This document shows positions 32,172 through 41,600 of a DNA stretch of 64,000 bases, piece by piece. A model generated the notes under the pieces. It made no database searches. It was not told the DNA's origin and saw nothing but the letters and a program-made list of their open reading frames with translations. This DNA comes from an uncultured Verrucomicrobiales bacterium. Its GTDB lineage: Bacteria; Verrucomicrobiota; Verrucomicrobiia; Limisphaerales; UBA1100. The stretch is taken from contig CAJWVY010000001.1 of the NCBI GenBank assembly GCA_913048135.1, positions 4,245 through 68,244 on the forward strand, written 5' to 3'. Each line of letters begins with the position of its first letter. Position 1 is the stretch's first letter. A program made the translations under genes and the position numbers.

Positions 32172-33740
32172 TTATCGCTCTTTGGCGAAATCGTAGCAAA
32201 CGAGGTAGGCTTCGCTGCGGAGATAGACGCGTTTGTCGGCCATGGCGGGGGCGGCCCAGCAGGGATAACGCAATTGCGGCACCTGATAGGCGGCGAGTTC
32301 CTCCGGTTTCTTGGCGTTCAGGGCAAAGAGGCCGAGCTTGCCGGTTTCGCCGAGCACGATGAGTTTGCCGTCGGCTTGGATGAATGATCCTCGGCCGTAT
32401 TTGTTGGAGGGCGGCCCATATTTTTGCCAGGCCTCGTCTTGATTCCAGAGGAGTTTTCCAGTGGCAAACTCCACACAGCGAAAGCTGGCGTCGGGTTCGT
32501 TTCGACCGCTGAAGGCGTAGAGATTGCCTTCGTGTACGATGGGGGTCATCCAGTGTAGACCCAGTACTTCATCCAAGCGCGGGTTATCGGTCTGAATGCG
32601 GCGTTGGTAATCACTCCAGACTTCGGTGTAGCCGGTGAGATCCTTTTTGATCTTCAGCACAAACGATCCATCCCCGGAATAGGCGCTGGAGCAGAAGACC
32701 TGATCACCGATGACGACGGGGTTGGAGGCGTTCACCGATTCATTGACGCGCGCGCGGAACCAGCGCTTGAAGTATTCCTTGCCGGTCTTGGGATCGAGCG
32801 CCACGAGGCCTTGTCGCATAAGGCAGAAAGCCACGCGTTTGCCGTGGACGGTGGCGAGGACGGGCGAGGCGTAGCTGGCCATTTTTTCCTGACCTCGCCA
32901 AATCATCCGAGGTTCGCCGGGCCAACCGGTTTTGGCTGTGCCATCCCAAGTCTGCTTGCCGGTGCTGGTCCAGACGGTTTTGCCGGTCTTGGCATCAAAG
33001 GCTACCATGCCGCTGTTGGGTTGGCCGCCCACCATGGTGAGCAGTAGGCCGTCCTCGAGCACGGGCGTGCTGCCGACCCCAAAGAAATTGGGGATGACCG
33101 TGAAATCCTTGTGGGTATCGCGTCGCCAGAGTTGTTTGCCGGTGGCGAAGTCGAGGCAGATTAACACGCCCTCGGCACCGTAGGTGTAGATACGGTCTTT
33201 GGTAATCAAAGGCGCGCAACGAGGGCCGTTGTTGTAGCCGTACGGATCCTCATAACCGGTGGGGTACGCATGGCGCCAGATCAGGTTGCCGGTCTTGGCG
33301 TCCAGACAATCGATCACCTCCACATCCAAGTGTTTGGCCACGGCTTCGGGCAGGGGAATGTAGCCGCGCGGCACGCGGCGCGTGGTTTCCTTGAGGGATT
33401 TCTGCAGGTCCTCGACGGTGAGCCGTTCCTTGGCCTTGAGGGCGGCCAGCTCGGCGTTCACATACTTGACCACCGTCTCAAAATTATCGCCTTCCTCCAC
33501 TTTGTACAATTTGCTGGCCCGATGGAACACCACCGCTTTGCCATCGCGAATGGATGGCGCGGCATAGCCGGTGCCGATGCGTTTGGCAAACAGTGGCTTG
33601 AGGCCACCTTTGGGGAAGGCATCAATCAGGCCGGTTTCCGTGGAAACACCGTCGGCGGTGGGGCCAAGAAATTGAGGCCAATCCGCCGCCATAGCCGGGA
33701 GGCTCAGTCCTATAAGGAGAAGGCAGAGTTTTTTCATCAT
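32172..33740 (-). CDS. Exported PQQ-like (BamB-type) beta-propeller repeat protein
   Basis: Start set at ATG 33740 (MMKKLCLLLIGLSLPAMA/ADWPQFLGP), which overlaps the upstream stop (TAATG). Signal peptide, with repeated G.L.A.D..TGK..W propeller blades. Confidence 0.8.
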   Translation of the reverse strand: MMKKLCLLLIGLSLPAMAADWPQFLGPTADGVSTETGLIDAFPKGGLKPLFAKRIGTGYAAPSIRDGKAVVFHRASKLYKVEEGDNFETVVKYVNAELAALKAKERLTVEDLQKSLKETTRRVPRGYIPLPEAVAKHLDVEVIDCLDAKTGNLIWRHAYPTGYEDPYGYNNGPRCAPLITKDRIYTYGAEGVLICLDFATGKQLWRRDTHKDFTVIPNFFGVGSTPVLEDGLLLTMVGGQPNSGMVAFDAKTGKTVWTSTGKQTWDGTAKTGWPGEPRMIWRGQEKMASYASPVLATVHGKRVAFCLMRQGLVALDPKTGKEYFKRWFRARVNESVNASNPVVIGDQVFCSSAYSGDGSFVLKIKKDLTGYTEVWSDYQRRIQTDNPRLDEVLGLHWMTPIVHEGNLYAFSGRNEPDASFRCVEFATGKLLWNQDEAWQKYGPPSNKYGRGSFIQADGKLIVLGETGKLGLFALNAKKPEELAAYQVPQLRYPCWAAPAMADKRVYLRSEAYLVCYDFAKER

Positions 33741-34822
33741 TAAAAACCGGCGCCCTTGGTGAGTGTGCGGATTCGGCATAGATACATGTCAGCGGTCAGG
33801 TACAACGTGCGGCCATCCTCGCCCCAACCGACATTGGCAATGCGCGTGCCGGTGGACAGTGTGCCCAGATGTTTGCCCTCAGGCGACAATACCAACACTC
33901 CGCCGGGGCCAGTGGCGAAGAGGTTACCTTGAGTGTCGATCTTCAGCCCATCACAGCCACCTTTCTTGCCAGCCGCCTTGAGCTGGGTGGGATCAAAGAA
34001 CACACGACCCTCATCAATGGTGCCATCGTCTTGGACCTTGAAGGCATGAATCTTGGTGTTCGGCCCACTCTCAGCCACGTACAAGGTTTTTTCATCCGGC
34101 GACAATGCAATGCCGTTGGGAAAGGCGATCTTATCCGTCAACAGCTTGAGCTCGCCGCCCTGAGTGAAGAGGTACACGCCTTGGAAACTCAGTTCCTTGG
34201 CCGGATCGGACATGCGCTTCTCCAGGCCGTATGGAGGATCGGTGAAATACAAATTTCCGTGGCGATCAAAGCAGCCGTCATTGGGGCTGTTGAAACGTTT
34301 GCCTTGGTAGGCGCCGATTACAGTTTGGTAGGTCGGTTGCGGCGCATTCAACGAAGAGGCCAGCCGAGCAATGCGGCGGTCGCCGTGTTGGCATAGCACG
34401 AGTCGCCCTTGAGCATCGAGCAGCAGTCCGTTGGAGCCGGGCTGGCCGGCGCGTAGCGTGGTGCCGGTGTAGCCGCTGGGTTGCAGGAAATCCTCCAGGC
34501 CATCGGCCTCGCTCCATTTATAAATCTTGTTGGGCGGGATGTCCGAGAAAAGCACAAAACCTTCTCCTTGAGCGGGTTGAACCCACACGGGGCCTTCGGC
34601 CCAGTCAAAGCCATCGGCAAGCTGCTCAATCACGGTACTGCGTGCGATCAACTGATCCAAGGCGGGATCCAGACGCTCGATTTCTCCCAGACTGGGATGG
34701 GCGGGCGCGGTGAAGTTGCCGGTGGGCAGCGTGGGCATGGGCGGGCCGGGCGGCGGCGGCGTTTCACAGCCGAGAAGGAGCGTGAGGGTGGGAATCCAAA
34801 AAATGGCGGAACGGGCTATCAT
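33740..34822 (-). CDS. SMP-30/gluconolactonase/LRE-like lipoprotein (lactonase-type six-bladed propeller)
   Basis: Lipobox LLLGC at the N-terminus. WAEGPVW, FNSPNDGCFDRHGNLYFTDPPYG and FPNGIALSPDEKTLYVAES motifs are typical of gluconolactonase/SMP-30. Confidence 0.8.
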   Translation of the reverse strand: MIARSAIFWIPTLTLLLGCETPPPPGPPMPTLPTGNFTAPAHPSLGEIERLDPALDQLIARSTVIEQLADGFDWAEGPVWVQPAQGEGFVLFSDIPPNKIYKWSEADGLEDFLQPSGYTGTTLRAGQPGSNGLLLDAQGRLVLCQHGDRRIARLASSLNAPQPTYQTVIGAYQGKRFNSPNDGCFDRHGNLYFTDPPYGLEKRMSDPAKELSFQGVYLFTQGGELKLLTDKIAFPNGIALSPDEKTLYVAESGPNTKIHAFKVQDDGTIDEGRVFFDPTQLKAAGKKGGCDGLKIDTQGNLFATGPGGVLVLSPEGKHLGTLSTGTRIANVGWGEDGRTLYLTADMYLCRIRTLTKGAGF

Positions 34823-34867
34823 GCGAAAGGCGACGATACTGTGGTGTCCATGGCGCGCAAGCCAAAG

Positions 34868-36079
34868 TCACGGCTGTTTGAGCTGCAGGCAACGCAGGGT
34901 TTCCCCGTCACGGAAATAGAAACGCCCTTGAGCTAGGGCCGGGTAGGCGCGGACTTCGCCGCGGGTGATGCGGGCGCGTTGCTTGACCTGAAATCCGTTG
35001 GCCGATGCGGCGGCACGCACCAGTTCGCCGCGCTCGGAGAGCACGAGTAGATCATCGCCGGCCAGAGTCACCGTGCCCGAGCGCAGGCCCGGTTGGCTCC
35101 AGTGCACGCGGCCGGTTTTGAAATCCACACAGCGCAAATCCGCGCCAGCTTCCTGTCGGCCGTGGAAGCCGAACAGTAGGCCGTTCTTTACCACGCAACT
35201 GGAATAATGACAGCTCATGGAGGTGTCGTTGGTCCACACGGTTTTTAATTCTGCGCCGTCGACGGCCAAAAGAGTGGCGCCTTTGCCGTAGCTGGTGGAG
35301 GCAAACACGAGGTCGCCTAGAATTACCGGCGTGCAGGCATTCACACTGGCGCGCATGGCGGGTCGCCAATGATGGCTGAAGCGCACTTTGCCGGTGGCTG
35401 GATCCACGGAGACGAGGCCTTCGCGGGTAAAGAAAACGGCCTGCTGCGTTTCATTGATGGTGGCGAGCACGGGCGAGGCGTAACTGGCCGGTTCCTCCGT
35501 GGCGCGCCAGCGCAGTTTGCCGCTGGCGACATCCAGTCCGATGATGCCGGCTTGGGCACCGCCGATGTTAAGCAGCACGGTGTTGCCCACGACCAGCGGC
35601 GAGCAGGCGAATCCGAAGAATCCCTTAGGTGCCTTGAACTGGGTGCGAGCGTCCAGTTTCCAGAGAGCCTTGCCGGTTTTCAAATCCCACGCGTGCACCA
35701 TGCCGTGGGCGCCGTGGGTGAAGACGCGGCCGCCGGCAATGGCGGGCACGGCTCGCGGGCCGTTGTCGAATCGGAAATCATCCACGTAATCGGCGCCATA
35801 TCGCGCACGCCAGATCGGCTTGCCGGTGACGGCGTTCAGGCAGTCGACGATTTCCTCATGGTCGAGCCGGTGAAAGAGGATGAGCTTGCCCTCGGCCACG
35901 GTCGGCCCGGCAAAGCCGGCTCCGACCTGCGTTTGCCAGAGCTGCTGCGGACCGGTGGCTGGCCAGGCGGGGAGGGCCTTGCCCTGATAGGATCCATCAC
36001 GGCGCGGGCCGAGAAATTGTGGCCAATCTTCGGCGCTTAACGGGAACGCAATCGCCAACAGCAACGGCAGAATTCGCAT
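34868..36079 (-). CDS. Exported PQQ-like (BamB-type) beta-propeller repeat protein
   Basis: MRILPLLLAIAFPLSA/EDWPQFLGPRRDG signal peptide plus a propeller repeat pattern. Paralogous in layout to 32172-33740. Confidence 0.8.
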   Translation of the reverse strand: MRILPLLLAIAFPLSAEDWPQFLGPRRDGSYQGKALPAWPATGPQQLWQTQVGAGFAGPTVAEGKLILFHRLDHEEIVDCLNAVTGKPIWRARYGADYVDDFRFDNGPRAVPAIAGGRVFTHGAHGMVHAWDLKTGKALWKLDARTQFKAPKGFFGFACSPLVVGNTVLLNIGGAQAGIIGLDVASGKLRWRATEEPASYASPVLATINETQQAVFFTREGLVSVDPATGKVRFSHHWRPAMRASVNACTPVILGDLVFASTSYGKGATLLAVDGAELKTVWTNDTSMSCHYSSCVVKNGLLFGFHGRQEAGADLRCVDFKTGRVHWSQPGLRSGTVTLAGDDLLVLSERGELVRAAASANGFQVKQRARITRGEVRAYPALAQGRFYFRDGETLRCLQLKQP

Positions 36080-36119
36080 GCCGCAGGATACCGTGTGCCG
36101 GGCGAATTGGAAACGGGAA

Positions 36120-36401
36120 TTAAACCCACATGAGGAGCAGGGCGGCGATCAGGCCCAGACCGACCAGCCACCAAAACCAATGCAGCCCGTGTGGGACGAC
36201 TTTTTTTGGGGTATTGCCGGTGCCGAATTCGCGTTCAACAAATTCGTCGTAATCGAACTCGTCCTCATCCAGCCCGAGATCGGGCGCGTAGTCTTCCTCC
36301 CAGCCGGTGGATTCATCCGCACCGCATTCGGGGCAGGCACGGGCGTTGGGATGGATGTCGGCGCCGCAGTGGGCGCAGGTGTCAGGTGGTTCGGCCGGCA
36401 T
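36120..36401 (-). CDS. Zinc-ribbon protein with acidic linker and C-terminal TM helix
   Basis: CAHCGADIHPNARACPECG (CxxC...CxxC), an acidic DEDEFDYDEF stretch, then WFWWLVGLGLIAALLLMWV. Its start overlaps the GNAT stop (TGATG). Confidence 0.7.
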   Translation of the reverse strand: MPAEPPDTCAHCGADIHPNARACPECGADESTGWEEDYAPDLGLDEDEFDYDEFVEREFGTGNTPKKVVPHGLHWFWWLVGLGLIAALLLMWV

Positions 36402-36982
36402 CAGCCCATGCCGGCGTATTCCTCGTCGGTCTTCAGGTCCATACCCATCAACACGTAGTCATGCTGAATGGCCTGCATGTCCTGCACATAATCCTCGAGG
36501 CGCATGAGGTGTGTGAAGCCGAGCAGAGCAAATAGTTTTTGGCCGCCTTCCTGTTTGTCGATGAACTCGGCCTCGACTTTTTGTAGGCCGGCCATGCGGG
36601 CGACATCGACGAGTTCCTGCACGAGTTTGCCGGCAATGCCTTTCTGGCGGTACTTGGGCAGGATGCTTTGGCTGATGCGGCCGATGTGGCGTTTCCAGCC
36701 GCCGTTGTTTTGGAGGAGCGAGGCGACGGCGATGACCTTGCCTTCGTGCAGGGCCAGCAGTGGTAGGCGCGCGTAGAGGTCGATGTTCTCGCACCATTGC
36801 TTAATCACTTCGGGATCGCGCACGCGGCGTTTGAAAAACATGACCTCCGGTTCGGGCAGGTTTTTGAAAAACCCGAGCAGGGCCTTTTCGTCGCCGGCTT
36901 CCAGCGGGCGAATGTTAATTTCCATGCCGTCATCGGCGGTGAAGGTTTTATCGATTTCTTTGAGTGCCAGTTCGAATGACAT
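36401..36982 (-). CDS. GNAT family N-acetyltransferase
   Basis: 193 aa. Acetyl-CoA motif-A-like RQKGIAGKLVQELVDVAR. Overall GNAT length and secondary-structure pattern. Confidence 0.75.
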   Translation of the reverse strand: MSFELALKEIDKTFTADDGMEINIRPLEAGDEKALLGFFKNLPEPEVMFFKRRVRDPEVIKQWCENIDLYARLPLLALHEGKVIAVASLLQNNGGWKRHIGRISQSILPKYRQKGIAGKLVQELVDVARMAGLQKVEAEFIDKQEGGQKLFALLGFTHLMRLEDYVQDMQAIQHDYVLMGMDLKTDEEYAGMG

Positions 36983-37015
36983 AACTAAATCCTTGTTGAG
37001 CGCGCGAGGCGCCGG

Positions 37016-37885
37016 TTAATCCGTTTCGGGTTCGGAGGCGGCGGGGAATAATTCGCCCGTGATGCCTGCACTTTTGGTAAACACATCCGGCTTGAGCGCG
37101 GCGGGATTCAGGCTCCAGCGCGCGGCCAATTGGGAGATGTTGGCGGTGTTTCGGTTCAGGTGGTTGACCTGTTGGAAATCCAGTTCTTCAACGGTGGTGC
37201 CATAGTCATGGCATTTCATGCCGAGCACCGATTCCTCGGGGGTGGCTTTACCTTGGTTCCAGAGGGTTTCACCGCACCAAGCGTAGGCCCGCTCAATGCG
37301 GCCTGTGTGGGCGCGCACCCAGCAGTGGTGGCTTAGGGCACTGTTCAGGCTGAAGAACTGTACATGCCCAAGGCGTTTGCTGATGTGGCTGAGGAAATGG
37401 AAACAAAAATCCACATCCTCTTCCGGCGCGGGCAGGGCGGGGCCAACGACCAAGATCCAGCCTTTGACCGGCGGGGAGATAAAGAGCCGTTCCACTCCCG
37501 AGATGGCAAAGCCATCTTTCCAGGTGCAGCGGCGGGGATTGGAGAGGCCGAGGGTTTCCTGTACGGCAGCGACGTTGCCGCTGCGAATGGCGAGCCATTG
37601 CTCAGGCAGATCGAGGCTGCTGGGAATCAACTCCTCCAGCGGCGGCCGGCTCATGGCTTTCTCGCGCTTGATGGCGAGGATTTGTTTGCGGGTCATCAGG
37701 TAAAACCCACCCGAAACGAGCAGGATGCCCAGAAATAATCCGAGCATCAAAACGGCCACCCAATCAACTGTGCTTTGGCTGGGGTCCGGCGACAATGCGC
37801 CTAGGACGCCCAGTGGGGCGTGGGGGAAAAAGGTCACGTGGGAGACAATACAAAAAAAGCCGGATTGTTCAATCCTAAACGGCAT
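37016..37885 (-). CDS. Hypothetical membrane-anchored protein (no recognisable domain)
   Basis: The ORF is open to 38056, but that end overlaps the divergent SGNH gene, so I set the start at ATG 37885 (MPFRIEQ...). One TM helix (VDWVAVLMLGLFLGILLVSGGFYLM), then ~200 aa I cannot assign. Confidence 0.5.
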   Translation of the reverse strand: MPFRIEQSGFFCIVSHVTFFPHAPLGVLGALSPDPSQSTVDWVAVLMLGLFLGILLVSGGFYLMTRKQILAIKREKAMSRPPLEELIPSSLDLPEQWLAIRSGNVAAVQETLGLSNPRRCTWKDGFAISGVERLFISPPVKGWILVVGPALPAPEEDVDFCFHFLSHISKRLGHVQFFSLNSALSHHCWVRAHTGRIERAYAWCGETLWNQGKATPEESVLGMKCHDYGTTVEELDFQQVNHLNRNTANISQLAARWSLNPAALKPDVFTKSAGITGELFPAASEPETD

Positions 37886-37961
37886 GAGAATGCTTAATGA
37901 CCGCGCCAAACAGCTTGCATGCCCGGGGTAAACGGGGTTTGATCGGCGCACGTTTTTTGCC

Positions 37962-38609
37962 ATGAAACACGTCATTTTTTGCATTTTCCTCGCCGTCACC
38001 GTGCTCTCCGGCCGGGCGGATTCCGTGACGCGCATTGCCTGTGTGGGCGACAGCATTACCTATGGTGCGGCCATTCGCGACCGGGCCAATCACTGTTATC
38101 CCAAGGTGCTGGGCGATCTGCTCGGCAAAGGCTACACCGTCCGCAATTACGGCGTGAACGGCGCCACGCTGCTCAAGAACGGCGACCGACCTTACTGGAA
38201 GCTGGGAGCCTTCAAGCAGGCTACGGACTTCGGCCCGAACGTGGTGATTCTGAAGCTGGGCACCAATGACACCAAGCCGCAAAACTGGGGCAAGGTCGGC
38301 AAGGAATACGATGCGGATCTGCGCGCGATGGTGACGCATTTCAAGAACCTGCCCACCAAGCCGACGATCTATTTGTGCCTGCCGGTGCCCGTGTACCAGA
38401 CGCGCTGGGGCATCAATGAGAAAACCGTCAAGAGCGGTGTCATTCCCGTCATTCGCAAGGTGGCCAGGGACGAGAGCCTGACGGTAATCGATTTGTATCA
38501 AGCGTTGTCCGGCAAGCCCGCGATGTTTCCAGACAAGATCCACCCCAACGCCGCCGGCGCCAAGCTGATGGCTCAGACCATTCACTCTGTTCTTAAGAAA
38601 AAACACTAA
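37962..38609 (+). CDS. Exported SGNH/GDSL hydrolase (esterase/deacetylase-type)
   Basis: Signal peptide. SGNH blocks ACVGDSITYG, GVNGATL, LGTNDTK and DKIHPNAAG. Confidence 0.85.
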   Translation: MKHVIFCIFLAVTVLSGRADSVTRIACVGDSITYGAAIRDRANHCYPKVLGDLLGKGYTVRNYGVNGATLLKNGDRPYWKLGAFKQATDFGPNVVILKLGTNDTKPQNWGKVGKEYDADLRAMVTHFKNLPTKPTIYLCLPVPVYQTRWGINEKTVKSGVIPVIRKVARDESLTVIDLYQALSGKPAMFPDKIHPNAAGAKLMAQTIHSVLKKKH

Positions 38610-38614
38610 CTCTC

Positions 38615-41600
38615 ATGCGCACAGTACTGACTCTCCTTATTCTTCTCACCGGCATCACGGGCAACGCTCGCGAACGGGCGTTCGAACTCAAGGACGGCGA
38701 CCGGGTGGCGTTTCTGGGCGACACCCTCATCGAGCGGATGCAGGTCCACAATCATCTGGAACTACGGCTTACCACGGCCTGGCCTGATCGCAATATCACC
38801 TTTCGCAATCTGGGCTGGAGCGGCGACACGCCGCGCGGTGTGTCTCGCGCCGGGCTCAGCCTGCAACAGGCCGGTCGCGAACCGGCGGATGAAGGCTGGA
38901 AGCAGTTGCAGAAACAAATCACGCTGGTGAAACCTACTGTGGTCTTTCTGGGCTACGGCATGGCCAGTTCATTTGAAAATCAGCCGGAACAATTCGGTCA
39001 AGACATGCGCGCGCTCAAGGCCGCGGTTCGGAAGGCGGCCGGCGGTCCGATTCGTTTTGTGGTGTTGTCGCCCCTGCGTCATGAGCAGTTGGGCGGTAGT
39101 CTGCCGGATCCCGCCGTGCACAACCGCCAGCTCGCTGCGTACTCCAAGGAACTTCAAACGATGGCGGCGGCAGATGGCGATCTCTTTGTGACCCTGTTTA
39201 ATGCCGATCCGCTGGTAAACGCCAAGCCCGCCTTGACCGAAAACGGCATTCACCCGGTGGACAGCGGTTACGCGCGCGTGGCGGCTGAGATTTGTGCTCA
39301 ACTCGGAGTGCCCGCGCATCCCCGTCTGAAATCGCCGGCGGCCATCCAGCTCCGCACGGTAATTGCCCGCAAGAACCAGCTCTTCTTCGACCGTTCGCGT
39401 CCGCAAAACATGGCTTACATTTTTGGTTTCCGAAAACATGAGCAGGGCAACAACGCCGTCGAGATTCCGCGCTTTGATCCGTTGGTGATTGCGCAGGAAA
39501 AAGAGATTGCCGCGCGTCGCGACCTCAAACTCAAGCCCGCCCCCAATGTGCCGGTGCCGGAGAAACCCATCCGCAATCCGCAACCGTTACCCGAGTTTGA
39601 CACCGCTGAAGGCGTGGAGATTTCTCTGTTCGCCGAGAACCCTTCGTTGGCCAAGCCAATTCAGATGAACTTCGATCCACAGGGCCGCCTTTGGGTGGCG
39701 ACCTCGGAGGTGTATCCGCAGGTGAAACCGGGTCAGGTGGCTAATGACAAAATCGTGGTGTTGCAGGACACCACCGGCGATGGCCGCGCGGATAAGACCG
39801 AGATCTTTGCCGAAGGCCTGTTTATCCCCACCGCTATTGAACCGGGCGACGGCGGGTGTTATGTCGGCCAAAGCACCGAGCTGCTACATTTCAAGGACAC
39901 TAATGGCGACGGTAAGGCCGATGAAAAACGGATCGTGTTGTCCGGCTTCGGGACTGAAGATACTCATCACACCCTGCACACCCTGCGCTGGGGGCATGAT
40001 GGGCGGCTTTACTTTAACCAATCCATTTACATTCGCAGCCACTTGGAAACACCGCACGGCGTCGTGCGCCTGAAGAGTGGCGGCATCATGTGGCTCCGGC
40101 CCGATACGCAGGAGGCCGGCATCCAGTACCGCGGTTGGTGCAATCCGTGGGGACACCACTTCAACCGCCACGGCCAATCCTTCGTTACCGATGGCGCCGG
40201 ATTTCAGGGCATCAGCTACGCCATTCCCGGGGCGATGTATTTCACCTATGCCGGCGGCCGCCGCATTATGGAGAGCGCGAGCCCGGGGAATTTTCCGAAA
40301 TTCGCCGGACTGGAAATCGTCGATGGACCGCAATTCCCAAAGGAATATCAGGGACAGGCCATCACCTGTGATTTTCGTGCCCACCGGATTGTTCGCTTTA
40401 ATCTTTCCGAAAACGGCGCCGGCTATGCCGCCGAGCATCTGGGAGATTTCATTCGCAGCAGTAGCGCGAGCTTCCGGCCGATCGATGTGAAACAGGGGCC
40501 GGACGGCGCGCTCTACATTGCCGATTGGTCGAACCCCATCATTCAACACGGCGAAGTCGATTTCCGTGATCCGCGCCGCGACAAGGTGCACGGGCGCATT
40601 TGGCGCGTGACCTTCAAGGGCCAGCCCAAGAAGAAGGCGCGCGATTTGACTGAGCAAAACAACACAGCCCTGATGGACCTCCTATTGACTCAGGACGCCT
40701 ACGACCAGGCGCAGGCACGCCGCGTCCTGCACGAACGCGGACAGGGCATCTTGCCGGATCTCAAACAATGGCTCGCGCGCCATGGCGAAAACGAAACCGC
40801 TCAGATGGAGGCCTTGTGGCTGCATGAGGCGGTGAATGTGGTCAACGCCTCGCTGTTAATGCTCACGCTGGAGGCCAACGACGCCCGCGTGCGCGCCGCG
40901 GCCATGCGCGTGTTGGCCCATTGGCATGATCGCCTCACCACCACGCAACTGCACGCCGCCGCCGGCATTCGCGACAAGCATCCGCGGGTGCGTCTCGAGG
41001 CCATGCGCGTGTATGCCGAGATGAAGGAATCCACCACCGCCCATCAAAATGCGCAGTTTGCCCTGCAGGCACTGGATCAGCCGATGGATAAGTTCCTCGA
41101 TTACGGCCTGTGGTTGACCATGAACGATCTCGCCGAACCCTTTGTCCGCGGCATGCAAAACGGCGCGCTGAATTTTAAAGGTAAACCGGCTCAGGCTGCG
41201 TTCGCGCTACGCTCACTGGAACCGGCTCGGGCCAGCCAGTTGATTGGTCAACTGGTGCAACAACGCAAGCTGCCCGCCAATGGAGACAGCCCGTTGATTG
41301 AGTTGATTGGCGAAGCCGGTGGTCCAGGTGAGTTGAGCACTCTGTTCAAGCAACTGCGCGCTGATGGATTTGAAACGCAAGTTCATGACCGCGTGCTCAT
41401 GGCTTTGTCGCGTGCAGCGTATCTTCGCAATGCCCGTCCGGCTGGTGATCTTTCCGGCCTGGGCGATTATTTGAAATCAAACGATGAAGCCATTCGCACG
41501 GCCGCAATTCAGTTGGCGGGCGAATGGAAACGATCTGAGTTGGTTGCGCCTCTGCTGGTCATCGCCGCCGAAGGCGAATCAACAGCCTTCGATAGCCTTA

